A stretch of DNA of 64,000 nucleotides. Origin: an uncultured Actinomycetes bacterium. Its GTDB lineage: Bacteria > Actinomycetota > Thermoleophilia > Solirubrobacterales > 70-9. The stretch is from assembly GCA_963798705.1 (NCBI GenBank), contig CAWCTW010000003.1, forward strand, positions 214,847 through 278,846, written 5' to 3'. Shown piece after piece: positions 47,803 through 56,583 of the stretch. Below the pieces are notes generated by a model. The model saw only the letters and a program-made list of their open reading frames with translations. It was not told the DNA's origin and did no database searches. The translations under genes and the position numbers were made by a program. Position 1 is the first letter of the stretch. The number at the start of each line of letters is the position of its first letter.

Positions 47803-48520
47803 CAAGCCAGCGGCATCAGCGGTCATCGCGGCCGCCGGCTCCGGCGAGAGGCTGGGGGCCGGCGGCCCGAAGGCCTTCGTTCCACTCGGAGGGCGCCCGC
47901 TCCTGGAGTGGTCGCTCGACGCCTTCTCCGAGGCTGGGAGGGTGGGGGCCGTCGTCGTTGCGGTGCCTGCTGGCAGCGAGGACGAGATCGGCCGCGAGGC
48001 TGTCGCGGTGGCGGGCGGGGCCAGCCGCTCCGAGTCGGTTGCCGCGGGGCTGCGGCGAGTGGAGACCGAGCTCGTGGCCGTCCACGATGCCGCCCGGCCG
48101 CTCGTGACACCGGACCTGATCGACGCACTCATCGAGCGGCTGCTGTCGAGTCCCGATGCAGCCGCGGTGATCGCGGCGTCACCGCTGACCGACACCGTCA
48201 AGCGCACCGACGAGCCGCGTTCCTCAGCGGGCGATTCGCCGCCGGTCGCGGAGACGGTCAGCCGCGATCACCTGTGGGCGGCCCAGACGCCACAGGTGTT
48301 CCGCACGGCCGCGCTGCGCGACGCTCTGGCCGCGGACACCGCCGCGCTCGCCGCGGCCACCGACGACGCGATGCTGATCGAGCGGGCGGGCGGCCAGGTC
48401 CTGATCCACCAGTCTCCGCCCGAGAACGTCAAGGTGACGACGCCACTGGACCTGAGAATCGCGGAGGTGCTTCTGAGCGAACGGGGCCACCGAGCATCGG
48501 GTTCGTCACGCCGGGCGTGA
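47795..48520 (+). CDS. ispD: 2-C-methyl-D-erythritol 4-phosphate cytidylyltransferase (start codon uncertain)
   Basis: VIAAAGSGERLG, VAVHDAARPLV. The nearest in-frame candidates upstream of the glycine-rich motif are CTG 47795 or the distant TTG 47693. Confidence 0.75.
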   Translation: MPSKPAASAVIAAAGSGERLGAGGPKAFVPLGGRPLLEWSLDAFSEAGRVGAVVVAVPAGSEDEIGREAVAVAGGASRSESVAAGLRRVETELVAVHDAARPLVTPDLIDALIERLLSSPDAAAVIAASPLTDTVKRTDEPRSSAGDSPPVAETVSRDHLWAAQTPQVFRTAALRDALAADTAALAAATDDAMLIERAGGQVLIHQSPPENVKVTTPLDLRIAEVLLSERGHRASGSSRRA

Positions 48521-48547
48521 CGAAGACCCGGAACGATCGGCCGCGCC

Positions 48548-48682
48548 TCAATGGACCGTGCCGAACGTCTTGCTCCCCAGATAGCGGCGGCCGCACTTCG
48601 GGCATTTGCGAAGGATGATCTGGCCGCCCTGGCCGCACTGCCGGCAGGTTCGCCTGGGGGGCGGGACGATCTGCTTGGCCAT
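48548..48682 (-). CDS. 44-aa zinc-ribbon protein (CxxC...CxxC), unknown function
   Basis: MAKQIVPPPRRTCRQCGQGGQIILRKCPKCGRRYLGSKTFGTVH. The remainder of the 118-aa ORF upstream is not protein-like. Confidence 0.4.
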   Translation of the reverse strand: MAKQIVPPPRRTCRQCGQGGQIILRKCPKCGRRYLGSKTFGTVH

Positions 48683-48773
48683 ACCGGCGATCGTAGACTG
48701 CGGCGCGGTTCGGCACCCGCCTATCATGCGAATCCGGCGGGGCGCGCAATCGGAGCGATCGTAGGAGGACCGG

Positions 48774-49520
48774 GTGGAGTCCTGGACGCGGCGCGTCATC
48801 AAGAATCGCAAGAAGATCATCGTCGCGTGGGTCGTGCTGCTCGTTGCCGGCGGTTGGGGGGCCGTACTCCTCACCGGCGCGCCCGCGTTCGGCGTCGACT
48901 TCATCGACCGCGCCTATGGCGCGTTCCCGTGGCTCGTGGTCGCCGTCCTGGCGCTCTCCTACCTGCTGCTGCTGCGCGCGTTCCGCTCGATCTTCCTGCC
49001 GGTTAAGGCGGTGCTCATGAACATCCTGTCGGTCAGCGCCACCTACGGCGTCCTCGTCCTGGTCTTCGAGAAGGGTTTGCACTCGTCGGTCGGACTGCAG
49101 GGCTCGCCTCAGGTCGAGGCCTGGATCCCGATCTTCCTGTTCGCGATGCTGTTCGGCCTGTCGATGGACTACGAGGTGTTCCTGCTCTCCCGGATGCGGG
49201 AGGAGTGGGACGCCCACCACGACAACGAGCGTGCGGTTGCGCACGGGCTCGAGATGACCGGGCGAATAATCACGGCCGCCGCGATCGTCATGATCGCCGC
49301 GTTTTCGGGGTTCACTGCCGGCTCGTTCGTCGGGCTTCAACAGTTCGGGTTGGGCCTCTCCGTGGCGATCTTCCTCGACGCGACCGTGGTCCGGGCGATA
49401 CTCGTGCCCGCCGTGATGAAGCTCCTCGGCGACTGGAACTGGTACCTACCGGACGGAGTGCGACGAGCGCTGCGCCTGGCGCCGTCGAAGCCCGCCACCC
49501 AGGCGGGCCGGGGGGACTAG
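48774..49520 (+). CDS. single-module MMPL/RND-like membrane protein (248 aa; possible in-frame deletion remnant)
   Basis: GTG 5 nt after TAGGAGG. An MMPL-type N-terminal TM (KKIIVAWVVLLVAGGW) is joined directly to a C-terminal-module sequence (FRSIFLPVKAVLMNILS, FGLSMDYEVFLLSRMREEW, DATVVRAILVPAVMKLLGDWNWYLP). Confidence 0.7.
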   Translation: MESWTRRVIKNRKKIIVAWVVLLVAGGWGAVLLTGAPAFGVDFIDRAYGAFPWLVVAVLALSYLLLLRAFRSIFLPVKAVLMNILSVSATYGVLVLVFEKGLHSSVGLQGSPQVEAWIPIFLFAMLFGLSMDYEVFLLSRMREEWDAHHDNERAVAHGLEMTGRIITAAAIVMIAAFSGFTAGSFVGLQQFGLGLSVAIFLDATVVRAILVPAVMKLLGDWNWYLPDGVRRALRLAPSKPATQAGRGD

Positions 49521-49524
49521 TCCC

Positions 49525-49902
49525 GTGGCACCGACACCCGAGCGTGGCGACCCGGCCTCGGAGGCCCGCGACGCCACCCGGCGCACGCATCTCGCGAACG
49601 AGCGGACCTATCTGGCGTGGTGGCGTACCGGGCTCACGGCCCTCGCCGTCAGCCTGGCAATCGGCCGGATCGTCCCCGAGCTCACCGGCGGCACATCGTG
49701 GCCGTACGTGACGCTCGGTGCGGGCTACGCCCTGCTGGGGATCGCGTTCGTCGGCTATGCCGGGCGGCGTCAGAGCACGGTGGCGCGTGCGGTGGCGCGA
49801 GGGGAATGGGCGGACGTCGACTCGCGATTCCTGACATTGCTCGCCGCGATCGGGCTCGCTCTCGCCGTTGCCACCCTGGCCGTGGTGGTCGCGCAGCCTT
49901 AG
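49525..49902 (+). CDS. DUF202 (YidH-like) membrane protein
   Basis: LANERTYLAWWRTGL followed by hydrophobic segments. Confidence 0.75.
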   Translation: MAPTPERGDPASEARDATRRTHLANERTYLAWWRTGLTALAVSLAIGRIVPELTGGTSWPYVTLGAGYALLGIAFVGYAGRRQSTVARAVARGEWADVDSRFLTLLAAIGLALAVATLAVVVAQP

Positions 49903-49994
49903 CCAGCGGCCTGGACAGAGGTCACCGTACGTGGTCACGGACCCTCCGACACCGAGGCGCGCGGTGCAGCACCTCCCGCGCCGCGGCGAGTCGA

Positions 49995-50153
49995 TCACGG
50001 GCTCAAGAGAACCCACACCAGGGCGATCGCAAAGCCGATCTGCCCGAAGGCGAGAGCGGTGCCGAAGTTCGCGGCTCCCAGGGCGGCCGCGACCGCGCTC
50101 GCCGCCGCGAACGCCCCGAGCACGACTGCCAGGTCCCGCGCCGTCCTACGCAC
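49995..50153 (-). CDS. possible 52-aa hydrophobic peptide
   Basis: GTG 50153 gives MRRTARDLAVVLGAFAAASAVAAALGAANFGTALAFGQIGFAIALVWVLLSP. It overlaps the DUF389 stop by 8 nt. The call is weak. Confidence 0.3.
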   Translation of the reverse strand: MRRTARDLAVVLGAFAAASAVAAALGAANFGTALAFGQIGFAIALVWVLLSP

Positions 50154-51162
50154 TGTCGGGTGACTTGTTGGTCGCGCTGCCGATGCGCCTCGAGCGGCCG
50201 ATCGGCAGCCCGGCCGCGACCCTCGACTCGTCGTGCAGGTGGGCGCGGCGCCGCCGCATGTAGAGGCGGCGCTGGATGAAGAGCGTGCCGATCCCGGCAA
50301 GCGTGATCGCCGAGAGGTTGAGCGTCAGCTGCTCGATCGCGCCGATCCAGTCGCTCCAGTCGCCGAGGGCGGCCGCCAGCCCGATATTGGCGGCGGCCGG
50401 GATCGTCGTGACCGAGATCAGAACGCCGATCAACGCTCCCGACTTCGCCGAGGTGAGCGACAGCACGCCGGCCGTCCCGGCGAGATAGGCGACGATCAAG
50501 CTCCACTGGTCGGGGCTCGCGATGAACTGGGTGAACGGGTGCGACTCCGAGTAGTCGCTGGGCACGAGACCGACGCCGTTCAGGGTGAGCACCGCGAGAA
50601 AGGTCACCGTGATGCCGACCGGGAACCCGACCGCCAGCGCTTGAAGCGACCGCTTGAAGAGGTCACGGCGCTTCTCGACCGCGGCGACGCAGATCCCGGC
50701 GATGGGGCCGAACTCGGGCCCGACGATCATGGCGCCGATGATCAGGACGATCTGATCGGTGAGGATCCCCACCATGGCGATGAGCATCGCGAGCACCATG
50801 AAGGCGAGGAAGCTCGCGGAGAGCTCGACGTTCTCCGACGTCCGGGATTCGACCTCCTCCCACACGACCGCATCCGAGGGCAGGCCGGCGGCGGCCTTCT
50901 CGGCGGCGACCGCGGCGCTGGAGATCTGCGAGTCGATGATCTCCATCGAGATCGACCCCTCCGTGTCGATGTCCAGCTCGCGAAGGTCGGAGATGATCAC
51001 GCTCGCGTCCTCGCGCGCGACGTCGCACAGGATCAGGTCCCCCTCCGGCCGCTGCGCTACCCGCTCCAGGTAGACGACGTTGCAGACCGACCGCGCGCCC
51101 TTGAGCAGATCGAGCGCGTGCTCGGACTGGTAACTCGGCACCACGATCCGCAGGTGGACCAT
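50146..51162 (-). CDS. DUF389 domain membrane protein
   Basis: Soluble N-terminal domain (MVHLRIVVPSYQSEHALDLL..) followed by multiple TM segments, as in the DUF389/TIGR00341 family (from memory). Confidence 0.75.
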   Translation of the reverse strand: MVHLRIVVPSYQSEHALDLLKGARSVCNVVYLERVAQRPEGDLILCDVAREDASVIISDLRELDIDTEGSISMEIIDSQISSAAVAAEKAAAGLPSDAVVWEEVESRTSENVELSASFLAFMVLAMLIAMVGILTDQIVLIIGAMIVGPEFGPIAGICVAAVEKRRDLFKRSLQALAVGFPVGITVTFLAVLTLNGVGLVPSDYSESHPFTQFIASPDQWSLIVAYLAGTAGVLSLTSAKSGALIGVLISVTTIPAAANIGLAAALGDWSDWIGAIEQLTLNLSAITLAGIGTLFIQRRLYMRRRRAHLHDESRVAAGLPIGRSRRIGSATNKSPDSA

Positions 51163-51185
51163 TCGGTGGTTAGCGTACAGACGCG

Positions 51186-52046
51186 ATGCTGACCGACTAT
51201 CACGTGCACCTGCGGCCGGATGACCTGGACGCGGACGCCGACGAGTACTTCACGCAGCGCAACGTCGACCGCTATCTCGAGGCGGCCGAGCGGGCGGGGA
51301 TCGAGGAGCTCGGCGTCTCCGAGCACGTGTACCGCTTCCGCCAGTCGCTCCAGGTGTGGGACCATCCGTTCTGGGTGGAGAACGCCCGCGACGATCTCGA
51401 TGCCTACCGCGACTTCGTGCGGACGACGCCGCTGAGGCTCGGCGTCGAGATGGACTACGTGCCCGGACGCGAGGACCGGATCGCGAGCCTCCTCGACGCG
51501 CGCGATTTCGATTACGTCATCGGCTCGGTCCACTTCATCGGGGATCGGGCGGTCGACCATGCGGGATGGGATGCATGGGAGGCCCACGGTGACGCGGACG
51601 CCGTCTGGGGCCGGTACTTCGAGACCCTGGCGGAGGCTGCGCGCAGCGGCCTCTTCGACGTCATCGCCCACCCGGATCTCGTCAAGGTCTGGGGGCGTGC
51701 CCGCCCGCTTCCGGATCGCGATCGTCGCTTCTACTACGAGCCGGCCGTCGAGGCGATCGGCGAGAGCGGCGTCGCCGTCGAGGTGTCGACGGCGGGCCTG
51801 CGAAAGCGGGTGGCGGAGATCTACCCGGCGCCGGCGTTCGCCGCGATGTGCATCGAGGCGGGTGCGGCGTTCAGCCTCTCCTCCGACGCCCACAAGCCCG
51901 AGGACGTCGGCTATGGGTACGACCGGGCGCTCGAGGCAATGGACGACTGGGGTGTGCGCGAGATCGCCGTGTTCGACGGTCGCGAGCGGCGGCTCGAGCC
52001 CCTTGCCCGCAGCGAGATGACCGCCGGCGGAGGGCCGCCACGATGA
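51186..52046 (+). CDS. PHP-domain histidinol-phosphatase family protein (HisJ/HisK type)
   Basis: MLTDYHVHLRPDD, GVSEHVYRF, IGSVHF, AHPDLVK, LSSDAHKPEDVG. The stop overlaps the ispF ATG (ATGA). Confidence 0.85.
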   Translation: MLTDYHVHLRPDDLDADADEYFTQRNVDRYLEAAERAGIEELGVSEHVYRFRQSLQVWDHPFWVENARDDLDAYRDFVRTTPLRLGVEMDYVPGREDRIASLLDARDFDYVIGSVHFIGDRAVDHAGWDAWEAHGDADAVWGRYFETLAEAARSGLFDVIAHPDLVKVWGRARPLPDRDRRFYYEPAVEAIGESGVAVEVSTAGLRKRVAEIYPAPAFAAMCIEAGAAFSLSSDAHKPEDVGYGYDRALEAMDDWGVREIAVFDGRERRLEPLARSEMTAGGGPPR

Positions 52047-52504
52047 GCGCCCAGGTGGGGATCGGGTACGACGTGCATCCGTTCGAGGCCGACCGGCGGT
52101 TGGTCCTGGGCGGGGTCCAGGTCCCGCATGATCGCGGCCTCGGTGGGCACTCCGACGCCGACGTGCTGACACACGCGATCATCGACGCGATCATGGGCGC
52201 CGCCGGCCTGGGCGACATCGGGACCCTGTTTCCCCCCGACGAGGAGCAGTGGCGCAATGCCGACTCGATCGATCTCCTGACCGTGGCCATGGGCCGGCTC
52301 GGCGGGCGGGTCGTGAACGTGGACGCCACGCTGATCTGCGAGGAGCCGAAGATCGGCCCGCACCGCGCCGAGATGGAGCGGACTCTGGGCGAGACGCTCT
52401 CGACGCGGGTGACAGTCAAGGCGACCACCAACGAGGGCTTCGGTTGGATCGGGCGCGGCCAGGGGATCGCCTGCATCGCCGTGGCCATGGTCGACCTCGA
52501 CTAG
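52043..52504 (+). CDS. ispF: 2-C-methyl-D-erythritol 2,4-cyclodiphosphate synthase
   Basis: GIGYDVHPF, GHSDADVLTHAIIDAI, KATTNEGFG. Confidence 0.94.
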   Translation: MSAQVGIGYDVHPFEADRRLVLGGVQVPHDRGLGGHSDADVLTHAIIDAIMGAAGLGDIGTLFPPDEEQWRNADSIDLLTVAMGRLGGRVVNVDATLICEEPKIGPHRAEMERTLGETLSTRVTVKATTNEGFGWIGRGQGIACIAVAMVDLD

Positions 52505-52528
52505 GCCGTCGAGACGAGCCCGACGCGA

Positions 52529-53893
52529 ATGGAATCGCGTGAGATGACCGGGAGCCTCCTGCAGGATCGCGACTTCCGGCTGGTCGCGGGCTCGGTTGGA
52601 GTGTCGGCGCTCGGGGACTGGGTCGCGATCGTCGCGCTCGGCCTCTACATCCAGGAGTCCACCGACTCCGGGATCGCGGTGGCTGCCCTGTGGGTCTGCC
52701 TGTTCGGCCCGTCAGTGGCGGTAGCCGGGTACGTGGGGTTGCTCGTCGACCGCCTGGAGGCGACGAGGCTGCTGGCGGCGGTCTCCGTGGTCGGCACCGT
52801 GGTCGCGGGCGTGCTCGCGTTCATGACGGCGACGGGCGCGGTGCTGGCGCTGACCGCGTTCCTCGGGGTCGTCTTCGCGGTTTCCCAGCCGGCCGAGTTC
52901 GCGCTCGTGCCGCCGCTCGCGGGGACCCGCCGCGTGCAGGAAGCGAACGGTCACGTCGAGACTGCCCGCTACATCGGCTTCGGGCTCGGCCCCGTGCTCG
53001 GCGGTTTCCTGTTCGCGATCGGCGGCGTCAAGTTGGCGATGCTGGTCGACGCGGGGACCTTCGCCGCGGTCGCCTGTGCGGCGCTCGCGCTCCGCGTTCG
53101 GCGCGACCCGAGTGACCTGGACGCACACGCCGCGGCGCCCCGTGCGCGCGACGGCATCGCATATCTGTTCGGCGACCGGGTGCTGGCCCTGGCGATGATG
53201 GTCGCGTTCGGCTCGCTGCTCTTCATGTCCGCGGTCTGGGTGGCAGAGCTGTTCTTCATCGAGGACGTTCTCCGCAAGGGCGACATCGCGTACGGTCTGA
53301 TGCTGTCGATCTGGACCATCGGCATGGCGCTGGGCGCGCTGCTCCTGCCCAGGCGCGTGGTCGCCGGTGCGGTGCCGGCGACGGGGCTCGCGGCGGTGGC
53401 GGTCCAGGGAAGCGCCCTGGCCCTACCGGCTCTCTGGCTGTCCTTCACGTTCCTCGTCGCCTGCTCGTTCGTAGGCGGGTTGGCGCACGGGTTGAAGAAC
53501 GTGATGTTCCGGAGCCTGATCCACGTACGCGTGCCGGATCGGCTGCACGGCCGCACGTTCGCGGCCTACAACGGGATCCGCAACTCCGCTGAGCTTGGCG
53601 CCTTCGCGGCGGGCGGCTTCCTTGTGGCCGCGATCGGGCCGCGTGGCACGCTCGCCTACGCGGGAGGCCTGTCGGCCCTGGCCGGCCTGGTCGGGATCCT
53701 CGCGTTGCTGCGAATGTACAGGGGCTGGGTCCCAACGGGTCCGGTCGGAGTGCGGCTCGACACGGGCGGCGGAAGCGCCGACCCTCCCGGCCCCGCGGCA
53801 CCCGCCCCCGAGGTCGAGGCGGTGCCCGACGATCGGGCCGATCCTGCGGGCATGGCGGTGGATGTTGGCGCCGCGGAAGATCGGGGTAAATAG
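52529..53893 (+). CDS. MFS transporter
   Basis: About 12 hydrophobic segments with an Ala/Pro-rich C-terminal tail. The start is ATG 52529 or 52544. Confidence 0.8.
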   Translation: MESREMTGSLLQDRDFRLVAGSVGVSALGDWVAIVALGLYIQESTDSGIAVAALWVCLFGPSVAVAGYVGLLVDRLEATRLLAAVSVVGTVVAGVLAFMTATGAVLALTAFLGVVFAVSQPAEFALVPPLAGTRRVQEANGHVETARYIGFGLGPVLGGFLFAIGGVKLAMLVDAGTFAAVACAALALRVRRDPSDLDAHAAAPRARDGIAYLFGDRVLALAMMVAFGSLLFMSAVWVAELFFIEDVLRKGDIAYGLMLSIWTIGMALGALLLPRRVVAGAVPATGLAAVAVQGSALALPALWLSFTFLVACSFVGGLAHGLKNVMFRSLIHVRVPDRLHGRTFAAYNGIRNSAELGAFAAGGFLVAAIGPRGTLAYAGGLSALAGLVGILALLRMYRGWVPTGPVGVRLDTGGGSADPPGPAAPAPEVEAVPDDRADPAGMAVDVGAAEDRGK

Positions 53894-53903
53894 AGTAGGC
53901 AGG

Positions 53904-55613
53904 ATGGTGGTGCGTTCGTTGGCTTCCAAGCTTTCACCGGATTTCGTGACCGGTCCCATCGACCAGATCAGCCGCCGGATCAAGCTCGGACCCCTTGGCG
54001 CCCTCAGGGAGGTGCCCTTCAACGTTAGGGTGCTCGCCGGCGCGGGCGTGATCAGGCCCGTGCGCCCCGACAAGCTCGCCGCGATGGCCATGCTGCTCTC
54101 GCGCTGGGGCGCCTCGCCGGCGGCCGGGATCGCCGGCGCCGCGGTCAACCACCCCCACGCGCCTATGATCGAGGACGAGGCCGGGACGCTTACGTTCGCC
54201 GAGGTCCACGCGCGCTCGAACGCGATCGCCCGCGGGCTCGCGGACGGTGGCGTGGGCGAGGGTGATGGCGTGGCCGTCATGTGCCGAAACCACCGCGGCT
54301 TCATCGAGGCGACGCTGGCGGCCTCGAAGCTCGGCGCCAACGGCCTGTACATGAACACCGCCTTCTCCGGACCGCAGCTCGCCGACGTCATCGAGCGCGA
54401 GAAGCCGGAGGCGCTCGTGTACGACGAGGAGTTCAGCGAGCTGCTGGAGAAGGCGAGCACCGCCGGCAAGGAGATCGGCCTCAGCCGGTTCGTCGCCTGG
54501 AGCGAGGACAAGGACCCGGCCGAGAAGGGCGACAGGACCCTGGCCGAGCTGATCGAGGCGAACAGCGACGACGACCTGGATCCTCCGGAGGAGTCCAGCC
54601 GCTTCGTGATCCTCACCTCGGGCACGACCGGGACGCCGAAGGGCGCCCAGCGCGCCCAGCCGGACACGCTGAGCCCGCTCGCGGCCCTCTTCGCCAGGAT
54701 CCCGCTTCGCGCCCGCGAGCGAACGATGATCGCGGCGCCGTTGTTCCACTCCTGGGGGTTCGCGCACTTCGTCCTGGGCCTCGCGCTCAACTCCACGTAC
54801 GTGCTGCGCCGCAAGTTCGACCCCGAGGAGACGCTGCGGGCGACTCGGGAGAGCGGTGCGACGGCGCTGATCGTCGTTCCGGTGATGATGCAGCGGATCA
54901 TGGAGGTGCCCGAGGAGACGCTCGACGAGTACGACCTGCCGAACCTCCGGGTCACCGCCGCGAGCGGCTCGGCGTTGCCCGGCGAGCTGGCGACGAAGTG
55001 GATGGACAGGTTCGGGGAAAACGTCTACAACCTCTACGGCTCCACGGAGGTCGCCTGGGCCACGATCGCCACGCCCGAGGACCTTCGTGCGGCCCCGGGT
55101 ACCGCCGGACGCCCGCCCCGGGGCACGATCGTGCGAATCGTCGACGAGGACGGCAACGACGTCGAGCCGGGCACGACCGGTCGTCTCTTCGTCGGGAACG
55201 AGATGGCCTTCGAGGGCTATACCGGCGGGGGCGGCAAGGACCAACTCGGCGGTCTGCTCTCCTCGGGCGACGTGGGGCACTTCGACGACGACGGGCGGCT
55301 CTTCATCGACGGCCGCGACGACGAGATGATCGTCTCTGGCGGCGAGAACGTCTTCCCGCGCGAGGTCGAGGACCTCCTCGCCGACCATGAGCAGGTCAAG
55401 GAGGTCGCCGTGATCGGGGTCGACGACGAGCAGTTCGGGCAGCGGCTGAAGGCGTTCGTCGTGCCCTGCGACGGCACCGAGCCCAGCGAGGACGAGATCA
55501 AGGGCTACGTCAAGTCGAATCTCGCCCGATACAAGGTCCCCCGGGAAGTGGAGTTCCTCGACTCGCTGCCGCGCAACGCCACCGGCAAGATCCTGAAGCG
55601 CGAGCTCGCCTGA
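53904..55613 (+). CDS. acyl-CoA synthetase / AMP-dependent ligase (FadD-like)
   Basis: ILTSGTTGTPKGA, GDVGHFDDDGRLFIDGRDDEMIVSGGENV, a C-terminal GKILKRE lysine and ATG 53904. Confidence 0.88.
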   Translation: MVVRSLASKLSPDFVTGPIDQISRRIKLGPLGALREVPFNVRVLAGAGVIRPVRPDKLAAMAMLLSRWGASPAAGIAGAAVNHPHAPMIEDEAGTLTFAEVHARSNAIARGLADGGVGEGDGVAVMCRNHRGFIEATLAASKLGANGLYMNTAFSGPQLADVIEREKPEALVYDEEFSELLEKASTAGKEIGLSRFVAWSEDKDPAEKGDRTLAELIEANSDDDLDPPEESSRFVILTSGTTGTPKGAQRAQPDTLSPLAALFARIPLRARERTMIAAPLFHSWGFAHFVLGLALNSTYVLRRKFDPEETLRATRESGATALIVVPVMMQRIMEVPEETLDEYDLPNLRVTAASGSALPGELATKWMDRFGENVYNLYGSTEVAWATIATPEDLRAAPGTAGRPPRGTIVRIVDEDGNDVEPGTTGRLFVGNEMAFEGYTGGGGKDQLGGLLSSGDVGHFDDDGRLFIDGRDDEMIVSGGENVFPREVEDLLADHEQVKEVAVIGVDDEQFGQRLKAFVVPCDGTEPSEDEIKGYVKSNLARYKVPREVEFLDSLPRNATGKILKRELA

Positions 55614-55720
55614 GCGCCCGCCCCCGAGCCTCCCGCCCACAGCGCACAGGGCCGTTTTTTCTCGTGACGTGCCGGGTAGGCGCACAACAGGTCGACAGCG
55701 AGAAACAGGAGGTGAGTCGC

Positions 55721-56065
55721 ATGCCACCGCGTGGTGTGAAGAAGGGTACGAAGCGAGCCCGCCAGTACGAGCACGTGAAGCGCGGCGAGAAGCAGCAGGG
55801 CCGCTCGGAGGGTCGAGCGAAGGAGATCGCGGCGCGCACGGTTCAGAAGGAGCGCGCGCGGTCGGGCGAGTCGAGCCGGCGTTCCCGTAGCTCGGTCCGG
55901 GACATGTCCTCGAGCCGGCGCGGCGGGAGGCGATCCGGCAGCGGTGGCGGCGGCAGGACGCGCGACCAGCTCTACAACGATGCCAAGAAGCTCAACATCA
56001 GCGGGCGCTCGCAGATGAACAAGCGCCAGCTGCTGGCGGCCGTCAACCGCAAAGGCGGTAGCTGA
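55721..56065 (+). CDS. Rho termination factor N-terminal (Rho_N) domain-containing basic protein
   Basis: ATG 6 nt after AGGAGGTGAG. C-terminal TRDQLYNDAKKLNISGRSQMNKRQLLAAV and a Lys/Arg-rich N-terminus. Confidence 0.7.
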   Translation: MPPRGVKKGTKRARQYEHVKRGEKQQGRSEGRAKEIAARTVQKERARSGESSRRSRSSVRDMSSSRRGGRRSGSGGGGRTRDQLYNDAKKLNISGRSQMNKRQLLAAVNRKGGS

Positions 56066-56081
56066 CGCTACCGGGAGACGC

Positions 56082-56573
56082 CTACGGAGACGCGGCTCGT
56101 TCGCGCTCGCGGGCGGCCGCCTCCGCACGCAGCTGCTCGTGCTCGACCTGGCGCTTCAGCTGCTGGAGCGAGCGCCGCAGGTGGCCGCCCAGCTGGGGCG
56201 CGGCGAAGAGCTCGGCGATCCACCCCGGAATGCCCGACCCGGCGACCCCGTAGGCGAAGCGCAGCTCCACCCTGGTGCGCCCGTCGGGCAGCTCCCGTAG
56301 GCGCCACCGGCCGCGCTGGTCAACGCCCGTGACCGAGCTCCAGGCCATGTCGCGCTCGTCCTTCCACTCCACGATCTCGATCAGGCCGCCGATCTCGGCG
56401 GATCCGACCCGGATCAGCATCCGGTAGCGGGCGCCGAGGCCGCTCCGGTGCTCCCCCGCCACCTCCCACCGCGTGATTCCGGACATGAAGTGCAGGTAGT
56501 TGGACGGCTCGGCGAGATAGTCCCAGACGAGCTTCGGGGGTGCCGAGATGACGATCGACTCGTTGAGCCTCAT
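56082..56573 (-). CDS. SRPBCC (START/polyketide-cyclase-like) ligand-binding protein
   Basis: MRLNESIVISAPPKLVWDYLAEPSNYLHFMSG.. and a C-terminal helical tail. Confidence 0.75.
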   Translation of the reverse strand: MRLNESIVISAPPKLVWDYLAEPSNYLHFMSGITRWEVAGEHRSGLGARYRMLIRVGSAEIGGLIEIVEWKDERDMAWSSVTGVDQRGRWRLRELPDGRTRVELRFAYGVAGSGIPGWIAELFAAPQLGGHLRRSLQQLKRQVEHEQLRAEAAARERERAASP

Positions 56574-56583
56574 CCCAGGCGCC

